The translations under genes and the position numbers were made by a program. A stretch of DNA of 64,000 nucleotides, taken from IMG/VR virus record IMGVR_UViG_3300027841_000073, positions 1 to 64,000 of that record, one strand, 5' to 3'. This DNA is from a virus. Positions 21,164-31,026 of the stretch are shown here, piece by piece; the stretch's first letter is position 1; every line of letters begins with the position of its first letter. The notes beneath the pieces are model-generated. The model had not been told where the DNA came from. It made no database searches and saw only the letters and a list, made by a program, of their open reading frames with translations.

Positions 21164-21714
21164 TTTTTCTTTTTGCCTTTCATAGTACTATTCACGGAAA
21201 CTGTAATCCTGTTTTCCATATCCCCTATCAAAGTAATAGTAGAAGATTGGTATAATTTTAATATGTCATCGATTATTCTTTGTACCTCTCTCCTTTGTGC
21301 TGAATCGCTTATTTTTAATGGTAACTGTTCTTTTGTTTGCAATAATGAATTGGAAAGTTTGGATACATATATTTTTAAAGCATTGGTAACTGTATCGTTA
21401 AGATTCTTGATTATCAAAACAGCATCGACAGAAGTATCTAATTGATCAATCAAACTGCGTATTTCTGAAATAATAGCCGTAACGGAATAAGACGTTTGTT
21501 TTTCAGTACCATTCTTATACCGTTTAACGGCAATGGGTAACAATTCCTTTACAAGAATTTCCAAAGTATGTTTTAAAGTATCCTTACTACGTAACTTGTT
21601 TTTTCTTGTTTTTAATTTACCGTCCTTATACTCTTTGTTTAAATGTAGTACTTCTGCATGTCGTTTTTCAATTGTGGAAATGCGTCGTTTCTTTACGGGT
21701 TTCATTCTACCCAC
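21160..21714 (-). CDS. Hypothetical basic helical protein
   Basis: 184-aa ORF whose start and stop overlap the neighbouring genes. Confidence 0.6.
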   Translation of the reverse strand: MGRMKPVKKRRISTIEKRHAEVLHLNKEYKDGKLKTRKNKLRSKDTLKHTLEILVKELLPIAVKRYKNGTEKQTSYSVTAIISEIRSLIDQLDTSVDAVLIIKNLNDTVTNALKIYVSKLSNSLLQTKEQLPLKISDSAQRREVQRIIDDILKLYQSSTITLIGDMENRITVSVNSTMKGKKKK

Positions 21715-22669
21715 GTCTTATATTAGCAAGGTCATTTACTTGCAATACTTTATTTTTGAATCTGTTAAAATCATCATGGACAAGAAATTGGCCTACTATA
21801 ACAGGACTCATACCACTTTCCACAAGTTTAGTACTTACTTTATCGGAAGTAATACCTTTAGTTCTCATAGCCTCTACTTCTTTTTTAAGTTCATAGTAAA
21901 ACAATTCAGTATTATTGGAATTAGCAAGTATTTTTTTAATGAAAAATTTTAAAGAGTCACTTACTACTTCCGCTTTCATTATTTTATGACAGTTAGGGCA
22001 TACTGTTTTATCGCTGAATACTTCTGCATGAGAACATTGAGGACATACCATATATTTTTTATTTTCTTCTTTCAAACCAATATTAGGGGGTACTACATTA
22101 TCCATCCTTATTCCCATATCTTCCAAATGTAAATCAGGTATTTCACTTTGAAGTTGTTTAATGGCATCCAAAGTATTACTACTTATTTTCTTACTTTCAA
22201 TGGGAGTCATTATTTCATCAACTTCTTTTATAGTAGCAGTAGAAAAATTATTTTTAGCATTTACATATTCACAACATGCTTTTATATGGGCATTAATAGC
22301 ATTTACTTTTTTTGTATCTTGATCATTCATTCGAGAATAATTAATTAGAGCTTGTATAACAGCTAAAGGTTGATTTGTAATTATGATTCTATGGATAAAA
22401 TGACTATTAGGTACTTTTTCAAAGTTAGTATTTTCAGCACAACATAAAATCTTAGGTATTTTGGTAAGTACTTCTTGCATATCCTTTGTATTACTGGTAA
22501 CTACAGACGATGCATATTTATAAGCATCCTTCCAACCTTTTTTATATTTCTTATAATGCTGTTCTGCTATATCCGCTAATGCTTGTTCATGTATGGCATG
22601 TATTTCAAAAATTACCTCATTGGGTAATTTATTTTTTTCAGCACTTGCAATGATATCAATCATTGTCAT
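21707..22669 (-). CDS. Hypothetical protein with zinc ribbon
   Basis: CPQC...CPNC motif. Confidence 0.6.
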   Translation of the reverse strand: MTMIDIIASAEKNKLPNEVIFEIHAIHEQALADIAEQHYKKYKKGWKDAYKYASSVVTSNTKDMQEVLTKIPKILCCAENTNFEKVPNSHFIHRIIITNQPLAVIQALINYSRMNDQDTKKVNAINAHIKACCEYVNAKNNFSTATIKEVDEIMTPIESKKISSNTLDAIKQLQSEIPDLHLEDMGIRMDNVVPPNIGLKEENKKYMVCPQCSHAEVFSDKTVCPNCHKIMKAEVVSDSLKFFIKKILANSNNTELFYYELKKEVEAMRTKGITSDKVSTKLVESGMSPVIVGQFLVHDDFNRFKNKVLQVNDLANIRRG

Positions 22670-23123
22670 TCTCCTTTAATAAATCTTTATTTAAATCTTC
22701 GGAATAGACTATGCTTTCATTTAAAAAATTATTAGTAAATATAGGAATTAAAAAGGGCTTATAAACAAGATAAATTTTCAAAAGTAAATGATCTTCCAAG
22801 TACTCGTATTCTTCATCGATTAATTTCATTTTTAAATTTTTTTCAAGTTTATTAGCCCTTTTTTCCTTACCTTCAAAGTTCCATGCTTCTACTGCTAAAT
22901 CTCTTATTACAGTAGGGACTCTTTTGATTATATAATCCTTATATTTTTCATAATCAGTTTTCAACTGTTTTTCTACTTCTGTATCATATTTTTCTGAATC
23001 TTGAATATCAATAAACAAACCTTCATATTTAGGTATAAGGTCTACTTCTACCTTTAATAAATGAAGGTTGTTTTCTACTAATTCTTCGATTAATGATATT
23101 CTAAAATACGTAATTTTTTTCAT
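22656..23123 (-). CDS. Hypothetical protein
   Basis: 155-aa ORF in the operon. Confidence 0.55.
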   Translation of the reverse strand: MKKITYFRISLIEELVENNLHLLKVEVDLIPKYEGLFIDIQDSEKYDTEVEKQLKTDYEKYKDYIIKRVPTVIRDLAVEAWNFEGKEKRANKLEKNLKMKLIDEEYEYLEDHLLLKIYLVYKPFLIPIFTNNFLNESIVYSEDLNKDLLKENDND

Positions 23124-23414
23124 TTACTTTTTAGCTTTCTTCTTGGCTTCGGCTTCCTTTTTCTTTTTAGCTCTTTCTTTTTCCTTGGCTTTCTTGGCTT
23201 TTTCAGCTTCCTTTTTCTTTTTTGCTTTTTCCTTATCCTTCATTTTCTTATCTCTAATTTTTTGCTTTTTAGCTTGTGCTTCTTTTTGCTTCTTACGTTT
23301 TTCCTTAATCTTTGCTAACTCTTTTTTCTTTTGGTCCGTTGTTTTTTTAAGACTCGACTTCTTCTTGGTATCAGCTTTAATCTTTTTCCCGGTTTTCTTT
23401 TTTCCATTAGCCAT
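23124..23414 (-). CDS. Lys/Ala-rich histone-like basic protein
   Basis: About half of the residues are Lys, with KKKKEAEKAKK-type repeats; strong SD. Confidence 0.65.
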   Translation of the reverse strand: MANGKKKTGKKIKADTKKKSSLKKTTDQKKKELAKIKEKRKKQKEAQAKKQKIRDKKMKDKEKAKKKKEAEKAKKAKEKERAKKKKEAEAKKKAKK

Positions 23415-23730
23415 GTCCTTTTTCTCCTTTTGTTTACGTTTCAGTTCTACTACTAAAAAGTACCCATCCTATACAGGTACATACAAAATTATATTATTTT
23501 TTCTTAGAAGCTCTACTCTTTAATACTTTTAAATAACCTTCATAGTCACTAATACTATTATCTAATTTTTTCAAAACATTGAACATTTTTTTAAGTTTTT
23601 CTTTATCTTCCCCGCTTTTTTTAGCGGCAAGATATTTATCTTCCAATACTTTATATTTTTCATTTAAACCCTTTATTTTATCTGTTAATTTATCTATTTT
23701 ATCTTTAGAACTACCCTTACCCTCTTCTTG

Positions 23731-23940
23731 TTATTTACCATGTTTTTGAGCATGTTTACTATGGGGATGTTCTTTTATATATGCTTTTTGTTTTGAAGTA
23801 GGCAAATCATCTAACCAATCAGCATTGACCATCCTACGTTTCAAAATCAATGCTTTCTCTTTAGCGGTAATTTGAAAATTACCTAAAGACTTTTTCCTAC
23901 GTTTTAGGATCAATGCTTTTTCTTGTGCTGTAATCTTCAT
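23731..23940 (-). CDS. Double-KITA-tagged protein with W-DDL...YIKEHPxSK motif; the frame continues past the stop to 23494
   Basis: Two tandem tags, and 78 further sense codons in frame after the TAA. Confidence 0.75.
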   Translation of the reverse strand: MKITAQEKALILKRRKKSLGNFQITAKEKALILKRRMVNADWLDDLPTSKQKAYIKEHPHSKHAQKHGK

Positions 23941-23997
23941 TTGTTTTTCTCCATTATATTAATTCAAAAGTAACTTTCAATATAGATACAAAGACTA

Positions 23998-24234
23998 CTA
24001 AAAAGTTAATCCTTTAAGAGAATTAAGAGCAGTTTTATAAATATTTTCGTACATATCCCTATCTTTTTTATCATTAGGTGTCATAGTATATTTTAAACCT
24101 ACTTTTTTCATAATTACTATATAGGCTTTCCATGCGGCATTTGCGGCATTTGTAGCTATAGTCTCTGGATTAAACCCTGCTTTTACTTGTCTACGTTTTA
24201 GGATCAATTGTTTTTCTTGTGCTGTAATCTTCAT
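23998..24234 (-). CDS. KITA-tagged small protein
   Basis: MKITAQEKQLILKRRQVKA. Confidence 0.8.
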   Translation of the reverse strand: MKITAQEKQLILKRRQVKAGFNPETIATNAANAAWKAYIVIMKKVGLKYTMTPNDKKDRDMYENIYKTALNSLKGLTF

Positions 24235-24259
24235 TTCAATTCCCCTTTAAATATTTATG

Positions 24260-24604
24260 TTATTTTTTATTTTTACTAACTAATTCTTTATACGTTTCAA
24301 CTTTCTTTTTATAAGCATCTTTTATATCTTTTATTTTTTGTGTCTTATCCTTAATATCTCTTTCTAACTTTAGTTTATCACTACTCCACCCTTCATCTTT
24401 TACTTTATCATATTTTTCTTTTAAATCTGTTAATTCATCTATATTTTGATGTAAAAAATTTTTAATTGATTTTAACTCATGTTTAGCACTATATAATTCT
24501 TTTTTTAATGGGGGAGCTTTACTATATTTTTCATAATCTTTTAAACTTTTTTCACTTCTTTTTTTATGTTTTTCCACAAGTTCAGATTTATCTATTTTTT
24601 TAGC
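24260..24604 (-). other. In-frame coiled-coil continuation of 24605..24802 (the track calls a GTG start at 24577)
   Basis: TAA GCT AAA AAA ATA GAT AAA TCT GAA CTT GTG: same frame as the upstream ORF, with no SD before the GTG. Confidence 0.55.
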
Positions 24605-24802
24605 TTATTTAGCACGCTTACTATCAGGATGTTCTTTTATATACCTCTCTTGAGCATCCATACTTAAATCATCAAACCAATCAGCATTAACTTTTCTGCG
24701 TTTCAAAATAAGTTGTTTTTCTTTAGCGGTAATTTGAAAATTACCTAAAGACTTTTCCCTACGTTTCAGAATAAGTTGTTTTTCCATAGCTGTAATCTTC
24801 AT
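24605..24802 (-). CDS. Double-KITA-tagged protein, paralog of 23731..23940
   Basis: Near-identical tandem tags, then WFDDLSMDAQERYIKEHPDSK. Confidence 0.75.
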   Translation of the reverse strand: MKITAMEKQLILKRREKSLGNFQITAKEKQLILKRRKVNADWFDDLSMDAQERYIKEHPDSKRAK

Positions 24803-24825
24803 TTGTTTTCTCCCTTATAATTAAA

Positions 24826-25587
24826 TTAGTCTTTCATTTGATTGGATAAATCCTTGCCAAGGTAAAAAGACTGATAATCCATTACTCTCTTTTTACGGTC
24901 CTTGGTATCCGCACCTTCTTCTGTAATTTCAAGAATAGCGGCTGGCGGACGTTCAAAAGTATTACCAGTACCCTTATCCTTGACAATGCGTGTTCCATCA
25001 GGAGTAACATTGACAACAGTACCAAACCCAACAGTATTATCAGGTCTAATATAACGTACTTTGTCATTACTTAAAGCAAAAGTAGAAAGAACTATTTCAG
25101 AAGTTTGACGGGTTTTAGGTCCAACACTTACACTAGCCGTCATTTGATTAATGTAATTTTCAATACCATCATCCTGTAAGCGAACAAGGAATGACTTACC
25201 ATCTACTTCTTCTACACCCCATTGAACACCAAGATTCTTGTCAAGATAACGATTTTCAGAAAGGGCAATATACCCTTGTGCAATCGCTTCCTGTAAAGGT
25301 TTACGCTGTTTATTAGACACAACCAAAAAGCTGACAATCGGATACGGCATAGTATCATGGTATCCAATACTTTCAGGCTTAACCCTAAAAGAAGAGTTAC
25401 CTTGGACAATAGCCCAATTACGTAAATCTTCATAAGTAGGTTCTTTACCTGCATAAGTAGCAGTAACACGTACAGCACCTTCCGCAATCTTGCTATAATT
25501 TACTACTTGAATATCGCGTCTGCAAGGGGCCGCACCAACTTTTTCACTCACTCTTGCCAAAATACGATCACCAATACTTGTTTTCAT
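24826..25587 (-). CDS. Putative virion structural protein
   Basis: Strong SD (GGGAGG), and higher-GC codon usage like the sheath and tube genes. Confidence 0.55.
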   Translation of the reverse strand: MKTSIGDRILARVSEKVGAAPCRRDIQVVNYSKIAEGAVRVTATYAGKEPTYEDLRNWAIVQGNSSFRVKPESIGYHDTMPYPIVSFLVVSNKQRKPLQEAIAQGYIALSENRYLDKNLGVQWGVEEVDGKSFLVRLQDDGIENYINQMTASVSVGPKTRQTSEIVLSTFALSNDKVRYIRPDNTVGFGTVVNVTPDGTRIVKDKGTGNTFERPPAAILEITEEGADTKDRKKRVMDYQSFYLGKDLSNQMKD

Positions 25588-25608
25588 TTTTCTTTCCTCC
25601 CTGTTAAA

Positions 25609-25911
25609 TTAATCGTTACCGATTTTCAATTTAAGTTTATCTATTGTTTCAATTGCAAGATGCATATCTTTTTCCAATTTTGTTCTTTGTTGAATGATGG
25701 GTTTCATCAAATTTTGAATTTGTTTTAGTAAATCTTCATGGAACTTTGTTTGAGCAAACTTATTTGCTTTATCCATAAGTTTAGTAAATTGATCTAACCC
25801 ATGGATTGACTGACTCAATAAAGCATTGTATTCCCCAATATCATTACTTTCATTTGAATGAATTTTACGCCTTTTTAAAATTAGTTGTTTTTCTTGTGCT
25901 GTAATCTTCAT
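25609..25911 (-). CDS. KITA-tagged coiled-coil protein
   Basis: MKITAQEKQLILKRRKIHS. Confidence 0.8.
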   Translation of the reverse strand: MKITAQEKQLILKRRKIHSNESNDIGEYNALLSQSIHGLDQFTKLMDKANKFAQTKFHEDLLKQIQNLMKPIIQQRTKLEKDMHLAIETIDKLKLKIGND

Positions 25912-25972
25912 TCGTTTTATCCTTTATAAATAGCTAAATCCTAATATAGTATTACAAGTACAAAAATTATTG

Positions 25973-26308
25973 TTAAAGTTTTTCAATAGAGAATAAAGTT
26001 TTATTTTTCTTAAATTGAATATATTTACCTTCTTTAATTACTTTTACTTTATCAAATTCATCTAAAGTAATATCAAAAATACCACTTGGTAATTTCATAA
26101 TAAGTTGTAATTCCCCTGCATCCCCTTCAATTTTAAATTTACCTTGTACTTCTACAGTAAAGTATAAAGGATCATTACTTTCAAATAAAAATCTTACAGG
26201 AACATTTTCAAAAGATTCTATTATTTTTCTACCTTTACTTTTATCATCCTCTGCTACTGCTTTCCTATGATTTAAAATAAAATTTGCTTCTGCTTTAGTA
26301 ATCTTCAT
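25973..26308 (-). CDS. KITA-tagged protein (divergent tag)
   Basis: MKITKAEANFILNHRKAVA. Confidence 0.75.
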   Translation of the reverse strand: MKITKAEANFILNHRKAVAEDDKSKGRKIIESFENVPVRFLFESNDPLYFTVEVQGKFKIEGDAGELQLIMKLPSGIFDITLDEFDKVKVIKEGKYIQFKKNKTLFSIEKL

Positions 26309-26320
26309 TCGTTTTCTCCT

Positions 26321-26677
26321 TTATAAATAGGTATCCAGACCCGTTACATCCGTAAATACTTTTTGCAAATCATCCGCATAAATACCTTCCTGCTTTTTTA
26401 CTATTTTAAAATCGAATTTTTTTACTTTATAAAAAGCCATACCATATGTATCGGAAGGTGTAAGAATTATTTTAACATGGTTAATACCTTTTGGATTCTT
26501 TCCTATTTTAAAACTTAAACTTCCATCACTATCAAAAACTAAATTTTTTGCACCTGTCATAGTGATGAATTTATTACCACCCAATTGTTGTAAAATAGTA
26601 TTAGCAATTTGTCTTGCATCTGCTACTATCTTACGTCTTTTTAAAACATATTGTTTTTCTTGTACTGTAATTTTCAT
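26321..26677 (-). CDS. KITA-tagged protein
   Basis: MKITVQEKQYVLKRRKIVA, followed by an ANTILQQLGG..F..MTGAK domain. Confidence 0.8.
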   Translation of the reverse strand: MKITVQEKQYVLKRRKIVADARQIANTILQQLGGNKFITMTGAKNLVFDSDGSLSFKIGKNPKGINHVKIILTPSDTYGMAFYKVKKFDFKIVKKQEGIYADDLQKVFTDVTGLDTYL

Positions 26678-26678
26678 T

Positions 26679-27002
26679 TTATATATTCTTTTTAAAGTAT
26701 TTTTCTAATTCTTCATTAGCTCCTGTAATTTCCTTATTAATGGTATCTAAATTATCTTCTATTAAATTAGAATTTTTTTGAAGAGATTTAATAGCTTCTT
26801 TAATTGTTTGATACGTATTATCCATTAATTCATCTTTTATCTTTACTAATAATTGTGCTAACCTTTCTACTTTGGTATCAAAATCTGAATAATATAATTC
26901 CTTTACAATTTTCAACATCAATTTATGATTTGCTAAAACATCTTCAGCTTTTACTTCCCTACGTTTTAAAATCAAGGCTTTTTCTTGTGCTGTGATTTTC
27001 AT
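26679..27002 (-). CDS. KITA-tagged coiled-coil protein
   Basis: MKITAQEKALILKRREVKA. Confidence 0.8.
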   Translation of the reverse strand: MKITAQEKALILKRREVKAEDVLANHKLMLKIVKELYYSDFDTKVERLAQLLVKIKDELMDNTYQTIKEAIKSLQKNSNLIEDNLDTINKEITGANEELEKYFKKNI

Positions 27003-27042
27003 TTGTTTCTCCTTTTTTGTATAAATACATATACTATTTTAA

Positions 27043-28077
27043 TTAACCGACAGCCCTTACTAATCTGCGATTTCTGTGAATATACATACCAGTAGGTCCA
27101 ACACCACTTGTTGTAACACCTACTCTACCAAGAATTTCAGCGCGTAAAGCACTACGTTTTGCCTTTGGTAAATGTTCATTCAAGTAATCTTGTATTCTAC
27201 CTAATTCACTTTCAATAGGTCCGGTTCTATCATAATCCAAACTTACGGCTTGCCCTGAATACGCAAAAGCTAAATCAGTTTCCAACATGAATTGTGAATT
27301 AAGTAAATACCAAATACCCGCAAAGAAAATAAAAGGTTCCAATATAGTAGGAACACCTGTTAATCTATAAGAAGTAACTGGATACCAACCATTGATTACA
27401 TCCATGCCGCCAAATAAAGCAAAGTTGATATCACTATCCAAGTACATTTGCGGTTCATTCATTTTCTTTATAATTCTATCCACAAAAAATCGTATTCTCG
27501 TTAAGTATTTCAACATTCTTACAGGGGCTATTATTAAATTTTGATAATAATCCTGTAAATCCGTTTTCCATATTAAAGTATGTTCTTCTGTTCTCAAATA
27601 AGTAGAACTTATATCACAAGACAATTGTGTTCCTAAACGATGATCTACTATATCAACATCAATGCCTTCCAATATCAATTTGTCACTTACATATAAATTA
27701 CAAATAGCATCGGAAGGACGTTGTGGAATAATTAATCTTGCATGGTAATCACTACCTGAAATTGCAAACTTACTCAATTCTCTTTGATATATTTCATCCT
27801 CTGTCAAATCAGGATCAACTACATCAAAATACATTGTCTTTTTTATATCACCATAATACCAAGTAATACTCCATTCTAAATCAGCGGTTGACGATGGTGC
27901 ATTTACTGGAATAGTAGCTTTTACTTCATACCAATGATCCTGATATTGAGGCGTACCCGTACCCGCTAAGAAAGTTTGATTAGTAGGAGTCTTGATAACA
28001 AACTCCGGTTCTGTTCCAAGACTTTCTTCAAAGTAAATTGAATATGTGTATTCCTTACTTTTTACAACAGGAGTCAT
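27043..28077 (-). CDS. Putative neck/head-tail adaptor structural protein
   Basis: Beta-rich N-terminal half plus a helical C-terminal domain (LTRIRFFVDR...FAYSGQAVSLDYDRT) resembling head-completion proteins of large myoviruses (recalled, not searched). Confidence 0.45.
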   Translation of the reverse strand: MTPVVKSKEYTYSIYFEESLGTEPEFVIKTPTNQTFLAGTGTPQYQDHWYEVKATIPVNAPSSTADLEWSITWYYGDIKKTMYFDVVDPDLTEDEIYQRELSKFAISGSDYHARLIIPQRPSDAICNLYVSDKLILEGIDVDIVDHRLGTQLSCDISSTYLRTEEHTLIWKTDLQDYYQNLIIAPVRMLKYLTRIRFFVDRIIKKMNEPQMYLDSDINFALFGGMDVINGWYPVTSYRLTGVPTILEPFIFFAGIWYLLNSQFMLETDLAFAYSGQAVSLDYDRTGPIESELGRIQDYLNEHLPKAKRSALRAEILGRVGVTTSGVGPTGMYIHRNRRLVRAVG

Positions 28078-28088
28078 TTAATTTCCTT

Positions 28089-28427
28089 TTAATTTAAATC
28101 TACTTTTATTTGAGTACGATTCTTATATTCAAATTTAATAGAAGTACTGCCTGTATCAGAACCACCAGAACCACCTATTAAAGTAGTATTAAGAAGATTA
28201 AAATAAACTTCATCCCTTTTTTCTGCTATTACTTTTACAACTTTAGCTCCAACATATTTTATTTTACCTTGTAAAGTTACCTGACCTGTTTTAGGTACAA
28301 CCATTTCTATAAATGCATTTTTCCCATCATTTTCTTTAAAAAATTTTTCAATCGGGTTATCTTGTGCTGTTACTTTCTTTTGTCGATGTTTTAATATGAG
28401 TTGTTTCTCTTGCGCTGTTATTTTCAT
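28089..28427 (-). CDS. KITA-tagged protein
   Basis: MKITAQEKQLILKHRQKKVTA. Confidence 0.8.
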   Translation of the reverse strand: MKITAQEKQLILKHRQKKVTAQDNPIEKFFKENDGKNAFIEMVVPKTGQVTLQGKIKYVGAKVVKVIAEKRDEVYFNLLNTTLIGGSGGSDTGSTSIKFEYKNRTQIKVDLN

Positions 28428-28549
28428 TTTAGTTTCCTTTTGGGTAATTATATTTTGCGTAAATTCGCAAACAGTAATCTACAATCCCATGAACAGATTT
28501 TTCAAATTTATATTTAAATTTTATAAATTTATTTTTTAAACACTTCATT

Positions 28550-29056
28550 TCAATTGTCCAAATATTCTTTGAGCCATTTTTTAGCTTGCGTAATTTTACG
28601 TGTATTAAACCTTGTAAATTCTTCGCCATTTAAAAATACTAAATAGATACCCTCTTTCGGTTCAAAAAATAAATCATATTTATTACCTTTATATTTAACA
28701 CTACCTTCTCTTACTGCTTTATCATATAGTTTTTGTACCTTGTCCAATAATTGTTTTTCATCCATTATATTTGATATTACTTTTCTACGTTTCAGAATGA
28801 ATTGTTTTTCTTGTGAAGTAATTTTAAAAGACATAATTTGGTTCCTTCTTATTTCACGTATAGCATCATTATAAACCAATTGAAGTGGTAAGGGAATAAT
28901 AGGTTCTGTATTTGTATACAAATATTGATTTACTAATTTTTGCAATTGAAATTCTTTAGATGAATCGAGACTATAATTATAAGATATCTTTTTTACTATT
29001 TTTTCAATAGTAGCTTCATCCAAATTTAAATTTTCTTGAGCAATTGCTTTATCCAT
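28550..29056 (-). CDS. Two-part protein with internal KITA tag (possible internal start 28834)
   Basis: ...MSFKITSQEKQFILKRRKVIS... Confidence 0.7.
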   Translation of the reverse strand: MDKAIAQENLNLDEATIEKIVKKISYNYSLDSSKEFQLQKLVNQYLYTNTEPIIPLPLQLVYNDAIREIRRNQIMSFKITSQEKQFILKRRKVISNIMDEKQLLDKVQKLYDKAVREGSVKYKGNKYDLFFEPKEGIYLVFLNGEEFTRFNTRKITQAKKWLKEYLDN

Positions 29057-29062
29057 ATTTCT

Positions 29063-29599
29063 TTATAAATTGTAACTTTTTAAAACTTGATCCCATTCAC
29101 GTACAAACATGGTAATCGTTTTTGAAGTTACATTACCCGCACTAGGATTTTCTCTGTCTCGTTTAAACTCTTTTCCATAAATAGCATCTAAAGCTTTATT
29201 ACGTAAATCAACATCAAAGGTTTCATCCCCTTTGAATAAATGTACTTCAACATAACCGGCTTTACCACTAAAACTTTTATATTTTGCACTTTTGAGATTA
29301 AGTTTTTTAGTTAGTAAACGTAATCGTTTTACAATATCTTTTTGTTCATCCGTAGCACTCTGTATTTTACGCAATTTTAATATATATCTTTTTTCACTTG
29401 CTGTAATTTTGAACATACTATCTCCTTTAGCCAAACTGACATTTAATACTTTTTTGAAAAGAGATTTTACTCCATCCCAATCATTAGCTTTAATGTAGTT
29501 TTCCATAAGGGAAATATATTTTTCATCGGCTTTCTGGTAGAACTTCACCATTTCCTCAAAACCTATATTTCCCTTATAGGATAAAGAAGTAATTTTCAT
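29063..29599 (-). CDS. Two-part protein with internal KITA tag (internal SD and ATG at 29416)
   Basis: AAAGGAGATAGT-ATG TTC AAA ATT ACA lies inside the ORF. Confidence 0.7.
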   Translation of the reverse strand: MKITSLSYKGNIGFEEMVKFYQKADEKYISLMENYIKANDWDGVKSLFKKVLNVSLAKGDSMFKITASEKRYILKLRKIQSATDEQKDIVKRLRLLTKKLNLKSAKYKSFSGKAGYVEVHLFKGDETFDVDLRNKALDAIYGKEFKRDRENPSAGNVTSKTITMFVREWDQVLKSYNL

Positions 29600-30246
29600 T
29601 AAACAATTTCAGCAACAAATGTAATTACTCTAACAACCATATCGCTGATAGTAACATCAAAATCGGTTGTTAATGTAATTTTGTCATTAACTGCATTAGG
29701 AGCAAACCCTAATGGAGTAGCATGTTCCCACGAATTAACAGTAGTATTAGCGGCAACAGCAATGCCATCCACTATTTCATCAACAGCAATTGTTTTTCGC
29801 CCTGCATCCAAAGTAGTAGCACCGCCACCCGGAGCGGTAAGTACTTTAACAATAGCACCCACAAGATAAGAATTTGCTTTCACCAAATTAGCAACAGAAT
29901 CCACACCCAATGAACCATCGCCAACAGCAATAGTAATATCCTCACTATATGCTTTAATGGTAAAATTAAACCCTAATTTAGTAACATTTACAGAGGGGAA
30001 ACTTCTGGCAAGGTCTTCTACTTCCCCTGTATCCGAAAGGGTTGCACTATCGGAAGTAATGTTTACTAAACCTTTATCTACAGCCGCATCCAATTGTTCC
30101 TTTTCTTCTTTCGGCATTCTCAAATACTGTTCATCGGTAATTGACATTCCCGCATTAGTAAGTTGAACGCCATTGATAAAAAGAACCATGGAACCACTAC
30201 GTCCTAAACCTGCAATCGCCGCTTTGTCCAACATAATGTGTAGCAT
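29599..30246 (-). CDS. Putative capsid decoration/structural protein, paralog of 40203..41123
   Basis: Shared C-terminal domain APGGGATTLD.GR..IAVDE..DGIAVA...NSW.HA. Confidence 0.55.
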   Translation of the reverse strand: MLHIMLDKAAIAGLGRSGSMVLFINGVQLTNAGMSITDEQYLRMPKEEKEQLDAAVDKGLVNITSDSATLSDTGEVEDLARSFPSVNVTKLGFNFTIKAYSEDITIAVGDGSLGVDSVANLVKANSYLVGAIVKVLTAPGGGATTLDAGRKTIAVDEIVDGIAVAANTTVNSWEHATPLGFAPNAVNDKITLTTDFDVTISDMVVRVITFVAEIV

Positions 30247-30261
30247 GATTTTTACTCCTTT

Positions 30262-30615
30262 TTAATTAAGTTCATTTCTGTTCATGTAAAAACCAATAAT
30301 ATAAGTATCTCGTTTGTTTGTGGTAGCTAAAAAGAAGTCTTTAGCACTTTTAATCTTACTTCTAATTTGTTGCTCTGTTTTTTTAAGAGTAACATCAAAC
30401 CATATTTGAAAGCTATCATCTTGTATAACTAATTGTATATCAATCATTTTGTCTTGCTTGTTTAAAGCTTCGGATTTAACATTTATAAATTCTACTCCCC
30501 CTTTTAAAGTAGACCCTCCTAATTTTTTAACCATTGCTTCATACAAATTAGTATTTTCAGCTTTTACTTGTCTACGTTTCAGAATCAATTGTTTTTCTTG
30601 TGCTGTAATCTTCAT
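30262..30615 (-). CDS. KITA-tagged protein
   Basis: MKITAQEKQLILKRRQVKA. Confidence 0.8.
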   Translation of the reverse strand: MKITAQEKQLILKRRQVKAENTNLYEAMVKKLGGSTLKGGVEFINVKSEALNKQDKMIDIQLVIQDDSFQIWFDVTLKKTEQQIRSKIKSAKDFFLATTNKRDTYIIGFYMNRNELN

Positions 30616-30616
30616 T

Positions 30617-30931
30617 TCAATTCTCCTTTGTGATTTCTAAGTTAAGGTTCATTTGGTACTGATTACCAAGATTAGTTACTACTTTTACTTTTATTGTGTA
30701 AGGGGAATAAGCATAATCCCCCCCTTCTTGAATTTTAAAGATTATTTTAGCATCTTCCACTTTCTTAAATTCATCATCAATCATTATATTGGATACATCA
30801 TTATTACTTTTATCGAACACTTCCACATAAGAATCTAAAGTCAATTTTTCACCAGTAGCCATTTCCTTTATGAAATCACAAGTAATAGCCAATTTTTCAT
30901 AATTGTATTTAACTATATTATTCGATGCCAT
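30617..30931 (-). CDS. Small beta-sandwich structural/adaptor-like protein (likely start MASNN)
   Basis: K...E....DF...GE...GG....Y.I...V.T..G pattern; GGAG SD before ATG 30931. Confidence 0.45.
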   Translation of the reverse strand: MASNNIVKYNYEKLAITCDFIKEMATGEKLTLDSYVEVFDKSNNDVSNIMIDDEFKKVEDAKIIFKIQEGGDYAYSPYTIKVKVVTNLGNQYQMNLNLEITKEN

Positions 30932-31026
30932 GGCATTTACTCCATACAATTCATTGAATATTCTTTTTATTTGTTTTCGTGTAAATACATATACATTTGT
31001 AGTATAATAATTAAAAGATATTTTTC

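Noticed and set aside
28429-28629. 66-aa minus-strand ORF and its 39-aa ATG sub-ORF
   Set aside because: It partly overlaps 28550..29056 and has no recognisable motif or clear SD. It may be real but I cannot support it.
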